From a virus, in the IMG/VR virus record IMGVR_UViG_3300033074_002003: a stretch of DNA of 64,000 bases. One strand, 5' to 3'. Below the pieces are notes generated by a model. That model worked only from the letters and a program-made list of their open reading frames with translations, did no database searches and had not been told where the DNA came from. Below are positions 9,070 to 17,847 of this stretch, one piece after another (within the stretch, counting starts at the first letter, position 1; each line of letters opens with the position of its first letter). The position numbers and the translations under genes were made by a program.

Positions 9070-10071
9070 ATGTCTGAATGGCTGCCCGAGGTTGTCAGGA
9101 TCGGTGAGGTATTTCCTCACCCAAATCGAGATCACGCCGATCCGAAGTTGAAATGTGATACGCTTTCGCTGACGATGGTTCACGGTGGCTATCCCGTGCT
9201 CTTTCGTACGGGCGAGTTCAAAGAGGGAGACCTCGCTGCCTACGTGCCGATCGATTCGGTCGTCCCAGAGAACCACCCGCTCTTTTCTTTCCTGGGTGAC
9301 AGCCGCAGGATCAAGGCGAAGAGGATGCGTGGCGTATTCTCGATGGGAATGCTCGTGAGAGCACCGGACGGTCTCGCGGAGGGTTCTTCTGTCGTCGAGG
9401 CACTGAACCTCACGAAGTACGAGCCCAAAGAAGAGACGCTGAAGATGTCGAGGGGTGTGAGCATCCCGGGACCCTCGGGATGGGAATTTCCGAAGTACAC
9501 AGACATAGAAGGAATTAGGCGCTACAAGCACGTCCTCCTCGAGGGTGAGGAAGTCGTCATCACTGAGAAGATCCACGGGCAGAACGCGCGGTTCTGTTGG
9601 GATCCCGACGACAAGAAGCTGTGGGTCGGATCTCGAACGACGATCAAGAAGCGCGACGCGACCGTGAACTGGTGGCACATCGCAAACAAGCTTGATCTGG
9701 AGGAGAAGCTCGCGAAGTTCCCACTCACGATCTTCTTCGGCGAGGTCTATGGCAAGTCGATTCAGGACCTCGCGTACGGACTCGAGCACAAGGATCTTCT
9801 CATCTTTGACACATTCGACGTGAAGACTGGCACGTACAACGACTGGGACGCGACAGTCGCTCTTGTCAAGGAAGCCGGGCTCAATCTCGTTCCGACGTTG
9901 TATCGCGGCCCGTGGCTCGGGTTTGAGGCACACAAACCCCTCTCGGAAGGAAAGTCTACGATCTGTGATCACATACGCGAAGGGTATGTGGTGAAACCCG
10001 TACACGAGCGCCGGGAACACATGGGACGGGTGATCCTGAAATGCGTGGGTGAAGATTACATGACGAGGTGA
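9070..10071 (+). CDS. RNA ligase 2 (Rnl2)-family ATP-dependent polynucleotide ligase.
   Basis: Motif I is EKIHGQN (KxHG), motif III is FFGEVYG, motif IV is LIFDTFDV and motif V is EGYVVKP. A ggag RBS lies upstream. Confidence 0.8.
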   Translation: MSEWLPEVVRIGEVFPHPNRDHADPKLKCDTLSLTMVHGGYPVLFRTGEFKEGDLAAYVPIDSVVPENHPLFSFLGDSRRIKAKRMRGVFSMGMLVRAPDGLAEGSSVVEALNLTKYEPKEETLKMSRGVSIPGPSGWEFPKYTDIEGIRRYKHVLLEGEEVVITEKIHGQNARFCWDPDDKKLWVGSRTTIKKRDATVNWWHIANKLDLEEKLAKFPLTIFFGEVYGKSIQDLAYGLEHKDLLIFDTFDVKTGTYNDWDATVALVKEAGLNLVPTLYRGPWLGFEAHKPLSEGKSTICDHIREGYVVKPVHERREHMGRVILKCVGEDYMTR

Positions 10072-10086
10072 CCGATACATATAAGA

Positions 10087-10953
10087 ATGACATACGAACG
10101 AAATTGTCCTCAATGTGCTAAGCAGATTACGTATAAAAACAAGCGTGTCTGTGAACGTGCCGAAGAATCAGGAAAACTCTGTGGATCGTGCGCTCGCAAA
10201 GAAGTATGGAATAGAGCTGATAGCTCATTTCGTTCTGATGTCACATGTGCAAAACGCAGCAAAGGGATGAAAGAAGCCTGGAAACGTCCTGATCATGGTA
10301 GAAAAAGCGAAGCATCAAAACGCTCATTCTCCGAGAAACGCAGAGCAATGCGTGAAGATCCCACTGCAGTTTACAACACAAAGAGTTTTCGTGACAAAGT
10401 ATCACAAGGTGTACGTACTGCACTTTCGAGTTCATTGACGAGGATGCTCGCGTCTGATGTTATTGCACGACGAAATGCATCAATAAAAAAGATGTGGACA
10501 GTTGAACGTCGAGATCAACATCGTGAACTGATGACTCGTTTGTGGAGTGTGACAAAAACTCCTTGGGAACACGAAAAAGGTTGTTGTGTTTCACAGTTTG
10601 AATTGAAATTTAAAGACGCTCTGCGAGAAAATGGTTTCTATCACTCTTCCGAACGTTCTGGATCGCTACGATGCATCGATCGATATATTCCTGACTACGT
10701 CGATCATGTGACAAAGCGTGTCGTTGAATTCAATGGCGACTATTGGCACTGTAATCCTAAGCATGAAGTGTTCGGAGATCCGACGTGGTACAACAAGAGT
10801 ATCAAAATGACTTCTCAAGAGAGATGGGAACATGACAAACGCCGCGAAGCAGTGATCTGCGAACATGGGTTTCACGTGATCGTAATTTGGGAAAGTGAAG
10901 CTAGTGATGAAACAAGCGTACTTTTGCGTGTCCAATCATCTGGTTCAATTTGA
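10087..10953 (+). CDS. Free-standing homing-endonuclease-like protein: N-terminal Cys cluster, NUMOD3-like repeats and a C-terminal Vsr-like nuclease domain.
   Basis: The N-terminus carries CPQC...CGSC. Repeats of the S.E.KR..S..G type follow. The C-terminus reads EFNGDYWHCNP...W..K...RWEHDKRREAVICEHGFHVIVIWESE, a Vsr/PD-(D/E)XK signature. GC content is visibly lower than in the flanks. Confidence 0.7.
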   Translation: MTYERNCPQCAKQITYKNKRVCERAEESGKLCGSCARKEVWNRADSSFRSDVTCAKRSKGMKEAWKRPDHGRKSEASKRSFSEKRRAMREDPTAVYNTKSFRDKVSQGVRTALSSSLTRMLASDVIARRNASIKKMWTVERRDQHRELMTRLWSVTKTPWEHEKGCCVSQFELKFKDALRENGFYHSSERSGSLRCIDRYIPDYVDHVTKRVVEFNGDYWHCNPKHEVFGDPTWYNKSIKMTSQERWEHDKRREAVICEHGFHVIVIWESEASDETSVLLRVQSSGSI

Positions 10954-11079
10954 GACAAGTGAAGCTCAACTAAAGACGTCCCAGAAAGTCAAATTGATAG
11001 TAGGTGAACATCTATACTGACCTTGTGTAAGTTCTGAGTGTGGTGAGCTTCAATAGCCACACAAGGAAAGGTACAGAGA

Positions 11080-11340
11080 ATGTCAGTAGAGAAGTATACG
11101 CGCCGCCGCGTCACGAACAAGGACGCGAGGATCGTCACAGAGTACAACAGCGGTGCACGCATCACCCGTACCGCTTTCAGGAGCGAGGGCACGTTGAAGG
11201 TGAGCGTGAAGACGCAGGACAACTTCACCTCGCTCAGGGTTCGCTTCCCCGATGGGTTTCACGAGTACTTCAATGGTCGCGAGGCCCGCACCATCTACCG
11301 CGCTCTGAAGGCGCACTACAGCCAGTTCGGCACCGAGTAG
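11080..11340 (+). CDS. Hypothetical small protein.
   Basis: An 86-aa ORF with an aaggaaagg RBS, followed by a terminator. Confidence 0.5.
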   Translation: MSVEKYTRRRVTNKDARIVTEYNSGARITRTAFRSEGTLKVSVKTQDNFTSLRVRFPDGFHEYFNGREARTIYRALKAHYSQFGTE

Positions 11341-11360
11341 TAGCCGTCAGAAGAAGTAGA

Positions 11361-11387
11361 GAAGGGCCCTTCTGGGCCCTTCTTGTT
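11361..11387. terminator. Bidirectional rho-independent terminator (GAAGGGCCC-ttct-GGGCCCTTC, then TTGTT) between convergent genes.
   Basis: A 9-bp GC-rich perfect stem has A-rich sequence upstream and T-rich sequence downstream. It sits between the + gene 11080..11340 and the - gene 11389..11766. Confidence 0.6.
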
Positions 11388-11388
11388 A

Positions 11389-11766
11389 TCACGTGACTTC
11401 TATCTTTCGTTTCTGCGAACCTTCTTTTTTCGGTATTTTGAGATGTAGCACGCCTGCATCGTATTTTGCTGTCATAGAGCCCACGTCATAGCTTTCGTTC
11501 ACAACGAACGTCTGCGAAATAGACTTGCTTGTCCCGACGCTTTTCTTTGCAGCGACAGAGACATTACGGCCCGTGCACTCTACGGTGATGTCCTCTTTGA
11601 GACACCCGGGAACGTCAAAGAAAATCGTGAGCCCATTTTCGTCAGTGCTCTTTTCGAACTTGTGATATCGATCGTCGTCAGCAAAGAGTTCAGAACGAAA
11701 CAGGCGAGCGAGCTGAAGTTCAGGGTACATGTTTTTCCTCCGTGCTCGCAACGATAAAACACACAC
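11389..11766 (-). CDS. Small heat-shock protein of the Hsp20/alpha-crystallin family. The start may be the internal Met, which would give 11389..11730.
   Basis: The alpha-crystallin domain is recognisable: FDVPGCLKEDITVE...VSV...SQTF..E...D...AKYDAGVLHLKIPK. Confidence 0.8.
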   Translation of the reverse strand: MCVLSLRARRKNMYPELQLARLFRSELFADDDRYHKFEKSTDENGLTIFFDVPGCLKEDITVECTGRNVSVAAKKSVGTSKSISQTFVVNESYDVGSMTAKYDAGVLHLKIPKKEGSQKRKIEVT

Positions 11767-12548
11767 AACGAAGCGTACATACCATGATCACAGAATTTGA
11801 TCGAAAAATGAAGTCTCTCGAGAAGTTTTCTTCACAGAGCGTTCCCAGTGGGACGTCTTTTGTTGTGAGGCTCGACGGTAGGTCATTTTCAAAGATGACA
11901 GAGAAGCACTTCAGGAAGCCATTTGACCCGCTGTTCAGCGCGATCATGGATAGAGTGACTGATAGCCTCGTGCGTGAGTTTGATTGCGTCGCGGCATTCA
12001 CACAGAGCGATGAGATTTCGCTGCTGTTTGCACCCGAGAACAAGCTATTTGCCGGCCGGCTCGAGAAAATTGTGAGCGTCACGGCATCGCACGCGTCCGC
12101 TGTGTTCACGAGGGCGTTCACTGACATCGTTACGTTTGACAGTCGAGTGATCGTTCCCGACAGCATCGGCGACCTGTCTTCTTACTTCACGTGGAGATTT
12201 GTGGACGGGTGCAGAAATGCGCTTAACACTGCGTGCTACTGGAACATGCGACAGTCGGGTGAGTCACGCCGTGCGGTGTCGAGGCGACTCGAGAGTGTCT
12301 CCCAGAACGAGAAGCTAGAACTTCTTGGGCAGAGGTGGGAGGACATCGATGAGAGGTTTCGGTTCGGACGTGTAACCGTGTGGGAACAATTCGAAGTAGT
12401 GGGATACAATCCCGTATTGAAAGAAGAGAGGAAGGCTACGCGCAGAGAGCTCGTGAGCTTTACCGATCCGAAGAAATTCACAGAGCTGCGTCACAAATGG
12501 TTCGCAGCAGAGAAAGAGAAAGAAGATGCGAGCAGCCTGGCTATCTGA
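11742..12548 (+). CDS. Thg1-like protein (tRNA-His guanylyltransferase family, 3'-5' nucleotidyltransferase).
   Basis: VVRLDGRSFSK...KPFD aligns with Thg1 VVRIDGKKFHEF...KPND. TQSDEISLLF aligns with GESDEYSFIL. FDSRVIVP aligns with FDSRCVAYP. WRFVDG aligns with WRYVDT. Confidence 0.9.
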   Translation: MLATIKHTQRSVHTMITEFDRKMKSLEKFSSQSVPSGTSFVVRLDGRSFSKMTEKHFRKPFDPLFSAIMDRVTDSLVREFDCVAAFTQSDEISLLFAPENKLFAGRLEKIVSVTASHASAVFTRAFTDIVTFDSRVIVPDSIGDLSSYFTWRFVDGCRNALNTACYWNMRQSGESRRAVSRRLESVSQNEKLELLGQRWEDIDERFRFGRVTVWEQFEVVGYNPVLKEERKATRRELVSFTDPKKFTELRHKWFAAEKEKEDASSLAI

Positions 12549-13323
12549 CATTCACCTCACTGACATTGCGGAGGACAGGGCTCTCGCCTTCTGTGAGAAG
12601 GTACGTGAGCACGAGTGTGATTCTGTCTTTCTCACCGGAGACATCTCAGAGTCGCCCGTCCTCCTCCAACACCTGAAGCTTCTCGACGCGAACATTCAGA
12701 AGCCGATCTACTTCGTGCTCGGAAATCACGATTTCTGGTATTCTTCTGTCCCACACATCTACAACACACTCCCACAGGCGATCTCTGGCCTGAACTTTGT
12801 GCGCTGGATGACAAATCTCGGGCCGCTGCGTCTAGATGACGGAGTCTGCGTCGTAGGTCACGACGGGTGGTATGACTGTAGGGCGGGAGACGTCCGCAAC
12901 TCTCGTTTCATCATGCCAGAGTGGAGCAAGCAGCAGGACTACCAGGGTTCTCGTACGATCGACGACATCATTGAGAAGTCCCAGGCGATGTCAAATCTCT
13001 CGATTACACATTTCAAGAAAGTATTGCCAGATGCTATCGCAAGGTTTGACAAGATCTATATCCTCACACACGTCCCACCATTTGAGGAAACGCACTATCA
13101 CGGTGGCGTGCAAGGAACACCACATTACCAGCCCTACTTTGTCAACAAGATCCTCGGTGAACTCCTCAGAACCGCCGCAAGCCTGCATCCGCGTAAGCAG
13201 TTCGTCGTCCTCGCTGGTCACAGTCACGGACGCGTGAGCAAGACAATCCTTCCGAATCTGACCGTGCACGTTGCGGGAGCACAGCATGGCGCGCCCGAAA
13301 TTCAGCCATTTGTATTCACGTGA
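12526..13323 (+). CDS. Calcineurin-like metallophosphoesterase.
   Basis: The motifs VFLTGDISE, LGNHDFW and GHSHG match metallophosphoesterase motifs I to V. The start overlaps the end of the Thg1-like gene. Confidence 0.8.
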   Translation: MRAAWLSDIHLTDIAEDRALAFCEKVREHECDSVFLTGDISESPVLLQHLKLLDANIQKPIYFVLGNHDFWYSSVPHIYNTLPQAISGLNFVRWMTNLGPLRLDDGVCVVGHDGWYDCRAGDVRNSRFIMPEWSKQQDYQGSRTIDDIIEKSQAMSNLSITHFKKVLPDAIARFDKIYILTHVPPFEETHYHGGVQGTPHYQPYFVNKILGELLRTAASLHPRKQFVVLAGHSHGRVSKTILPNLTVHVAGAQHGAPEIQPFVFT

Positions 13324-13325
13324 GT

Positions 13326-13333
13326 GATACTTA
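13326..13333 (+). promoter_or_regulatory. ATACTTA motif instance (GATACTTA), only 7 nt upstream of the 13340 ATG.
   Basis: Recurring motif; see findings. Confidence 0.25.
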
Positions 13334-13339
13334 CAGTGC

Positions 13340-13696
13340 ATGATTAGGGACCTCGTTCGAGCGATCATTGTCGAAGAGCTCGAGTCGATGAAGAACGACT
13401 ACGTCGTATCTCAGGACCTCGCACAGAAGAAAATTCGTCCCGTGACGTCTGAAGACGTCAAGATTCGATTCCCTGAGTTTCATACGCGTGTTGCAGAGGC
13501 GCTTTTTGAAGAAGAACGTATTGCTGACCTTCGCGGGATGAAGTGGGCATTCTACGCTAGCTCGTATTCACGGGTGACGCCATTTGCGTATGATCCCGTT
13601 ACGGGGGCCGTGTGTTACTGGCACGCTCCCTCACAGCGCGTCAAGCAGTCCGAAAATTCAGAGATCGACAACGCGATAATTCAGATGTCTCGGTGA
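13340..13696 (+). CDS. Hypothetical protein.
   Basis: A 118-aa ORF. Confidence 0.45.
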   Translation: MIRDLVRAIIVEELESMKNDYVVSQDLAQKKIRPVTSEDVKIRFPEFHTRVAEALFEEERIADLRGMKWAFYASSYSRVTPFAYDPVTGAVCYWHAPSQRVKQSENSEIDNAIIQMSR

Positions 13697-14664
13697 ATTT
13701 CATCGTCTGACATCTTGAAAAGTTCACATATTTGACCATCATCAGGTTCCCAGACAACAAATGACATGTTGTTTTGCTTGCAGTATAGAGCAGCAGCTTC
13801 AAATTTTGGGATATTTTTGTCACGAAGTTTGGCGGGTTTGACTTCTACAATGAACGTCTTCCCTGCGTTCGTGTGTACGATAAAATCGGGAACGTAGAAA
13901 TGCTCCGTGCCGTCAACACCAGTGTATTGAATGCGTAGCGATTCATATTCCCACGCGATAACCGACTCAGTTTCATCGAGCTCAATCATCGCTTTTAGTT
14001 CATATGATGACTTGTAGCGACACAAGTTTTTCACGGATTTGTGAGGCGCGTATTCTCCACGTTGCCAAATTCGTTCATTGTTGATTAGCTTTTTTGACAT
14101 CACTTCTGAGAGATGCTGTCGAGTTTTTTCATACGTTCCACACAACGCTCTAGTGTTGTATGTTTTCTTGCAAGAAGCGTCACGGCGAATCCTAATTTCG
14201 GGATTTTTGGCCCAAAACTCTTTCCAGTTTTCGCTCATTTTTTGTCTGAACTCAACAGACGTTGTTGCTTTACGTACAGCTTCACTACGTCGTCTGAGTA
14301 CATTGTCTGTCAAAAAATCGCGCATACGTTGTGCACGGAGCTTGCCCTCTTCAGCGTGCTCAGCGTAGTAACGTTTCATGTTTTTTGAATTTTTCACACC
14401 AACCAGTCGCTTGGTTTCTTCTGACATGGACACTTCATTGTGACCCCGAACATAGAAGTTGAAAGTACATGTGACATCATGAAATTTGACAGCAATACCA
14501 CATCCACATTTACACACTGGCCGTTTTCCGCCATGTTGTGTTTGGATTGCATACAGTTCCCAATCGAGATCGTGTTCAGATTTAACATGTTTGCGTAATT
14601 TTACGTTTGAATTGCTTTCAAACGCACAGATTGCACATTTTCGAATTTGCCAAGTCACAGTCAT
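13681..14664 (-). CDS. Homing-endonuclease-like protein with a C2H2-like zinc finger, a CKCGCG motif, NUMOD3-like repeats and a PD-(D/E)XK nuclease domain.
   Basis: The N-terminus carries CAICAF...HVKSEH and CKCGCGIAVKF. The C-terminus reads YVPDFIVH...IVEVKP. The gene is on the opposite strand to its neighbours and is AT-richer than the flanks. Confidence 0.7.
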   Translation of the reverse strand: MTVTWQIRKCAICAFESNSNVKLRKHVKSEHDLDWELYAIQTQHGGKRPVCKCGCGIAVKFHDVTCTFNFYVRGHNEVSMSEETKRLVGVKNSKNMKRYYAEHAEEGKLRAQRMRDFLTDNVLRRRSEAVRKATTSVEFRQKMSENWKEFWAKNPEIRIRRDASCKKTYNTRALCGTYEKTRQHLSEVMSKKLINNERIWQRGEYAPHKSVKNLCRYKSSYELKAMIELDETESVIAWEYESLRIQYTGVDGTEHFYVPDFIVHTNAGKTFIVEVKPAKLRDKNIPKFEAAALYCKQNNMSFVVWEPDDGQICELFKMSDDEIHRDI

Positions 14665-14714
14665 AGATATGTCGATGCTTAGACTGTGATACTACATTTG
14701 TAGTAGATGTGTCA

Positions 14715-14722
14715 CATACTTA
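14715..14722 (+). promoter_or_regulatory. ATACTTA motif instance (CATACTTA), 6 nt upstream of the ATG at 14728.
   Basis: Recurring motif; see findings. Confidence 0.25.
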
Positions 14723-14727
14723 ACAGC

Positions 14728-15912
14728 ATGACGCGATTCGTAGACGTGATTAGACCCACGCCATTTTCATTGTTTGACACAGATCCCGACTTCCAGCGTG
14801 AGGCCGATGGGATGGTGACATTCGTCAAGCGAAAGCTCGGAGACGACATCCTCCCAGTTGAGCTCACGTCACGACAGATCTATGCCGCATTTGAAGAGGC
14901 GACCGTAGAGTACGGTGCCACAGTGAACATGTTTCAGATTCGCTCGCAGCTCGCGAGCCTGCTCGGATCGCCCACGGGTAGTTCTGGCAGCATGACAAAC
15001 AAGTACCCGCACAACTCGCTCGATTTTCTGATGAGGCTTGCAGAGCCCTACATCCAAGAGACGGGGTTCGGTGGGTCGCAACCCGTTGACCTGTGCTACA
15101 TAGACATCGAAAATGGCAGGCAGGATTACGATCTCTACAGGGAACTGAAGATCGGTTCTGGCTCTATGAGCGGTTCTCTGTACTTTCCGAACCTTGCGAG
15201 CGGTAGTCACTCGCGTCTGAAAGTCTGGGAGGTGTTTCACTTTGAGCCGATGGCCGCGCAGCACTTCCTGCTGAACGCCTCGAATGTGACAAACTTCTTG
15301 GCGAACGAGTTCAACTACGAATCGTACGTGAACTCGACAGTGTTCTATGTCCTGCCCATCTTTGAAGACGTTCTGCGCCGCGGCATGATGGAAGCAGCTG
15401 CTCGCGTCAGGCGATCAAACTACAGCTACCAGATCACGGGTGGCAAAATTAGAATTTTCCCTGTCCCGACAGAGACGCGCGTAGCTCACACGCTCTGGAT
15501 GCGCGTCTCACCAAGCGTGACGGACGCTCTTCGCCCGCCATTTCAGGACGATTCGGTGTACGGTGTCTCCGGATTCTCAAACGCTCCGTTCTCCAACATT
15601 CCCTACTCGACCGTGAACGACGTGGGCCGGTGGTGGATACGTGAGATGACGTTCGCCATTGCACAGGAGATCCTGGGTAGGGTGAGGTCGAAGTTCAAGA
15701 GCCTACCCATTCCAAACAACGAAGTCGTGCTCAATGGTGAAGAACTCGTCACCCAGGCCCGTGAGAAGCAGGACAAACTGCGAGACACCCTGCGAGAGGA
15801 CCTCGACAAGCTCACTCTTCCCTCTCTGATAAATCAAGAGGCAGACAAGGCTGAAGCCATGTTGAGGATGCTCAGGGTAATTCCTATGCGGTCGCCGATC
15901 ATTATCGGATGA
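14728..15912 (+). CDS. Virion structural protein in the gp13/14/15-like position before the sheath. The track ORF begins at 14707; the start was chosen at MTRFVDV.
   Basis: An ORF of about 394 aa in the structural block. No recognisable catalytic motifs. Confidence 0.55.
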   Translation: MTRFVDVIRPTPFSLFDTDPDFQREADGMVTFVKRKLGDDILPVELTSRQIYAAFEEATVEYGATVNMFQIRSQLASLLGSPTGSSGSMTNKYPHNSLDFLMRLAEPYIQETGFGGSQPVDLCYIDIENGRQDYDLYRELKIGSGSMSGSLYFPNLASGSHSRLKVWEVFHFEPMAAQHFLLNASNVTNFLANEFNYESYVNSTVFYVLPIFEDVLRRGMMEAAARVRRSNYSYQITGGKIRIFPVPTETRVAHTLWMRVSPSVTDALRPPFQDDSVYGVSGFSNAPFSNIPYSTVNDVGRWWIREMTFAIAQEILGRVRSKFKSLPIPNNEVVLNGEELVTQAREKQDKLRDTLREDLDKLTLPSLINQEADKAEAMLRMLRVIPMRSPIIIG

Positions 15913-15923
15913 AAGGGTGACTC

Positions 15924-16580
15924 ATGCCGAGACTATTCGCTTCTGAAAAAGACCTCGCTTTCGTAGCTGATATCACGAAAGAACTGATCAAAGACGTCAT
16001 CGGACAGACAATAAGGTACTTTCACATCTCTGTCACAAATACACCCGCGAATAATCTGTACGGCGAAGCCCGCGACAAGGTGTTCGATGAGCCAGTCGTG
16101 CTTGAAGTTCTGGCGGACAATCCCAAGAACGAGACACACACGGATAGGTTTGGTACGGAAGACGACTACACGATGGAGCTCTACATTCAGTGGAGAGACC
16201 TAGTAGACAAGGGCGTCACGGTCGATGTGGGCGACTTCTACCAGTACGGTGAAAACTTCTACGAGATTCACCAGGTGAACATCATCAAGACGATGTTTGG
16301 TCAGGTGGAGCACAGGGACGGCGTTCGCGTCTGGGCAAAGAAGGCCCGCGACGGGCAGTTCAGAGAAGATCTCGTTGGACCGACAGATATCAGTGACGAA
16401 AACGGAACACAGAAAGAGTTTGTGCAGCAGAGGGGTCTGCCACAGAATCGCCTCGGCGAAACCGGAGACAAGCGCGAACTTCAGGAGCGTGGGTTGCTGG
16501 AACCGCCCCTGTCTGGCGCGAAAGAGGTCGGTCCCCGAGGGAATACGGGCACGGGCCCATCGTTCTACTCTGACGATTGA
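15924..16580 (+). CDS. Virion structural protein, candidate neck or tail-completion protein.
   Basis: A 218-aa ORF tightly packed between structural genes. Confidence 0.5.
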   Translation: MPRLFASEKDLAFVADITKELIKDVIGQTIRYFHISVTNTPANNLYGEARDKVFDEPVVLEVLADNPKNETHTDRFGTEDDYTMELYIQWRDLVDKGVTVDVGDFYQYGENFYEIHQVNIIKTMFGQVEHRDGVRVWAKKARDGQFREDLVGPTDISDENGTQKEFVQQRGLPQNRLGETGDKRELQERGLLEPPLSGAKEVGPRGNTGTGPSFYSDD

Positions 16581-16592
16581 TAGTTATCGAGC

Positions 16593-17777
16593 ATGACTGT
16601 TAGGTGGGGCGCGGGCGACGAGCGTGGCATTCCGTCCGGATATGCCGGCGTAGATGTGCCCGGCGACATCTCGATCCCATCGTGCGGCATTGAAGACGTA
16701 GATCGCGCTCTCTTTCAGACATTTGACAGCGAGATAGGATTTCAGGTCAGTCGGACGACTGACGGTGTCAGGTCGCTCGCAAAGATACCGGTGTTCCTCG
16801 GCGTCGGCGAAAAGTGGGCGCTGAATAAGAAGAGGAAGGGTATCCGCGACAAGTCCGGGACATTGATCCTTCCCCTGATCTCTATTGTCCGTACCTCTAT
16901 CGATCAGAAGGTCGAACAGGACCAGCTGGGCAGGGGCATCAACCAAGCCGTCGGAGACCTCGTTGTGAAGAGGAGAATTTCTTCTGTCGATCGAGAGTAC
17001 CAGAACTTGGTGAACAAGAATTTGATCCCGAACCAAGACAACCTTCCCACGGGTTCTCTGGGATCGCCCGTTTCTTCTGGCAGAGAGGTGGGACTGGATC
17101 GCTGGAATTCGGACGTCCTGAAGGGAAACTTGCTGGCGAACGATCCCAATCGAGCTGTGTGGGAAATCATCACGATTCCGACGCCGCAGTTCTACACGTC
17201 AAACTACGAAGTCACGTTCTGGGCACAGTACACAGAGCAGATGAACGAGATGATCGAGAGGTTGATGGCATCGATGCTACCTCAGCTTCCCGCGCTGAAG
17301 CTGACGACGCCGAAAGGTTACTGGTTTGTGGCGTACCTCAACGGAGACTTCAAATCAACGGCGAACATCGACGACCTGAACGAAAATGAGCGCGTCATGA
17401 AGTACGTGTTCACGCTCAGTGTCAGAGCGTACACAGTCGCGCCGTCACTTCCTGGGATGCCTTCTCCCGTCAGGCGATACGTCTCTTCTCCTGAGGTTTC
17501 ATTTGACGTATCTGGAGAGGTGCAGGGTGCGGGCGGCAGCGAGGTGCAGTCTCCCACGATCGATGGCGCAGACGATCCAACACTCGGATACACACTAGAC
17601 GGTGAGGTCACTCCGCGGCCCACGGCGCAGAGAGGTTCATACTCTGTGCGCGTGACAAAGAACCCTTTCACAAAGGGAAGCAGGGCCGAATACGTAAAAG
17701 TGGTGTCGGTCAATGCCAAGTCAGGGGAGTCGATAGTAAGATCGATCAACCCAGGAATCGAAATTGAACTTGACTGA
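16593..17777 (+). CDS. Virion structural protein, candidate sheath-terminator or neck protein.
   Basis: A 394-aa ORF immediately upstream of the sheath genes. Confidence 0.5.
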   Translation: MTVRWGAGDERGIPSGYAGVDVPGDISIPSCGIEDVDRALFQTFDSEIGFQVSRTTDGVRSLAKIPVFLGVGEKWALNKKRKGIRDKSGTLILPLISIVRTSIDQKVEQDQLGRGINQAVGDLVVKRRISSVDREYQNLVNKNLIPNQDNLPTGSLGSPVSSGREVGLDRWNSDVLKGNLLANDPNRAVWEIITIPTPQFYTSNYEVTFWAQYTEQMNEMIERLMASMLPQLPALKLTTPKGYWFVAYLNGDFKSTANIDDLNENERVMKYVFTLSVRAYTVAPSLPGMPSPVRRYVSSPEVSFDVSGEVQGAGGSEVQSPTIDGADDPTLGYTLDGEVTPRPTAQRGSYSVRVTKNPFTKGSRAEYVKVVSVNAKSGESIVRSINPGIEIELD

Positions 17778-17795
17778 GAACTGTGGGTAAGTCTC

Positions 17796-17803
17796 CATAC
17801 TTA
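17796..17803 (+). promoter_or_regulatory. ATACTTA motif instance (CATACTTA), 45 nt upstream of the sheath 1 start.
   Basis: Recurring motif; see findings. Confidence 0.3.
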
Positions 17804-17847
17804 TGGATACCCGTTTCTGACCCAACACACTGAAGGAGAGAGCACCG

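Noticed and set aside
9004-10113. A 369-aa ORF on the minus strand.
   Set aside because: It lies entirely antisense to the well-supported Rnl2-like ligase gene and has no motifs. It is a typical spurious long ORF in high-GC DNA.
10994-11018. A sigma70-like promoter candidate (TTGATA ... TATACT) upstream of 11080.
   Set aside because: The spacer is only 13 nt, outside the 16-18 nt range, so it is not a convincing promoter.
11040-11396. A 118-aa ORF overlapping 11080..11340.
   Set aside because: It is in a different frame of the same region. The 86-aa ORF has the RBS and the more protein-like composition. The longer ORF also runs through the terminator hairpin.
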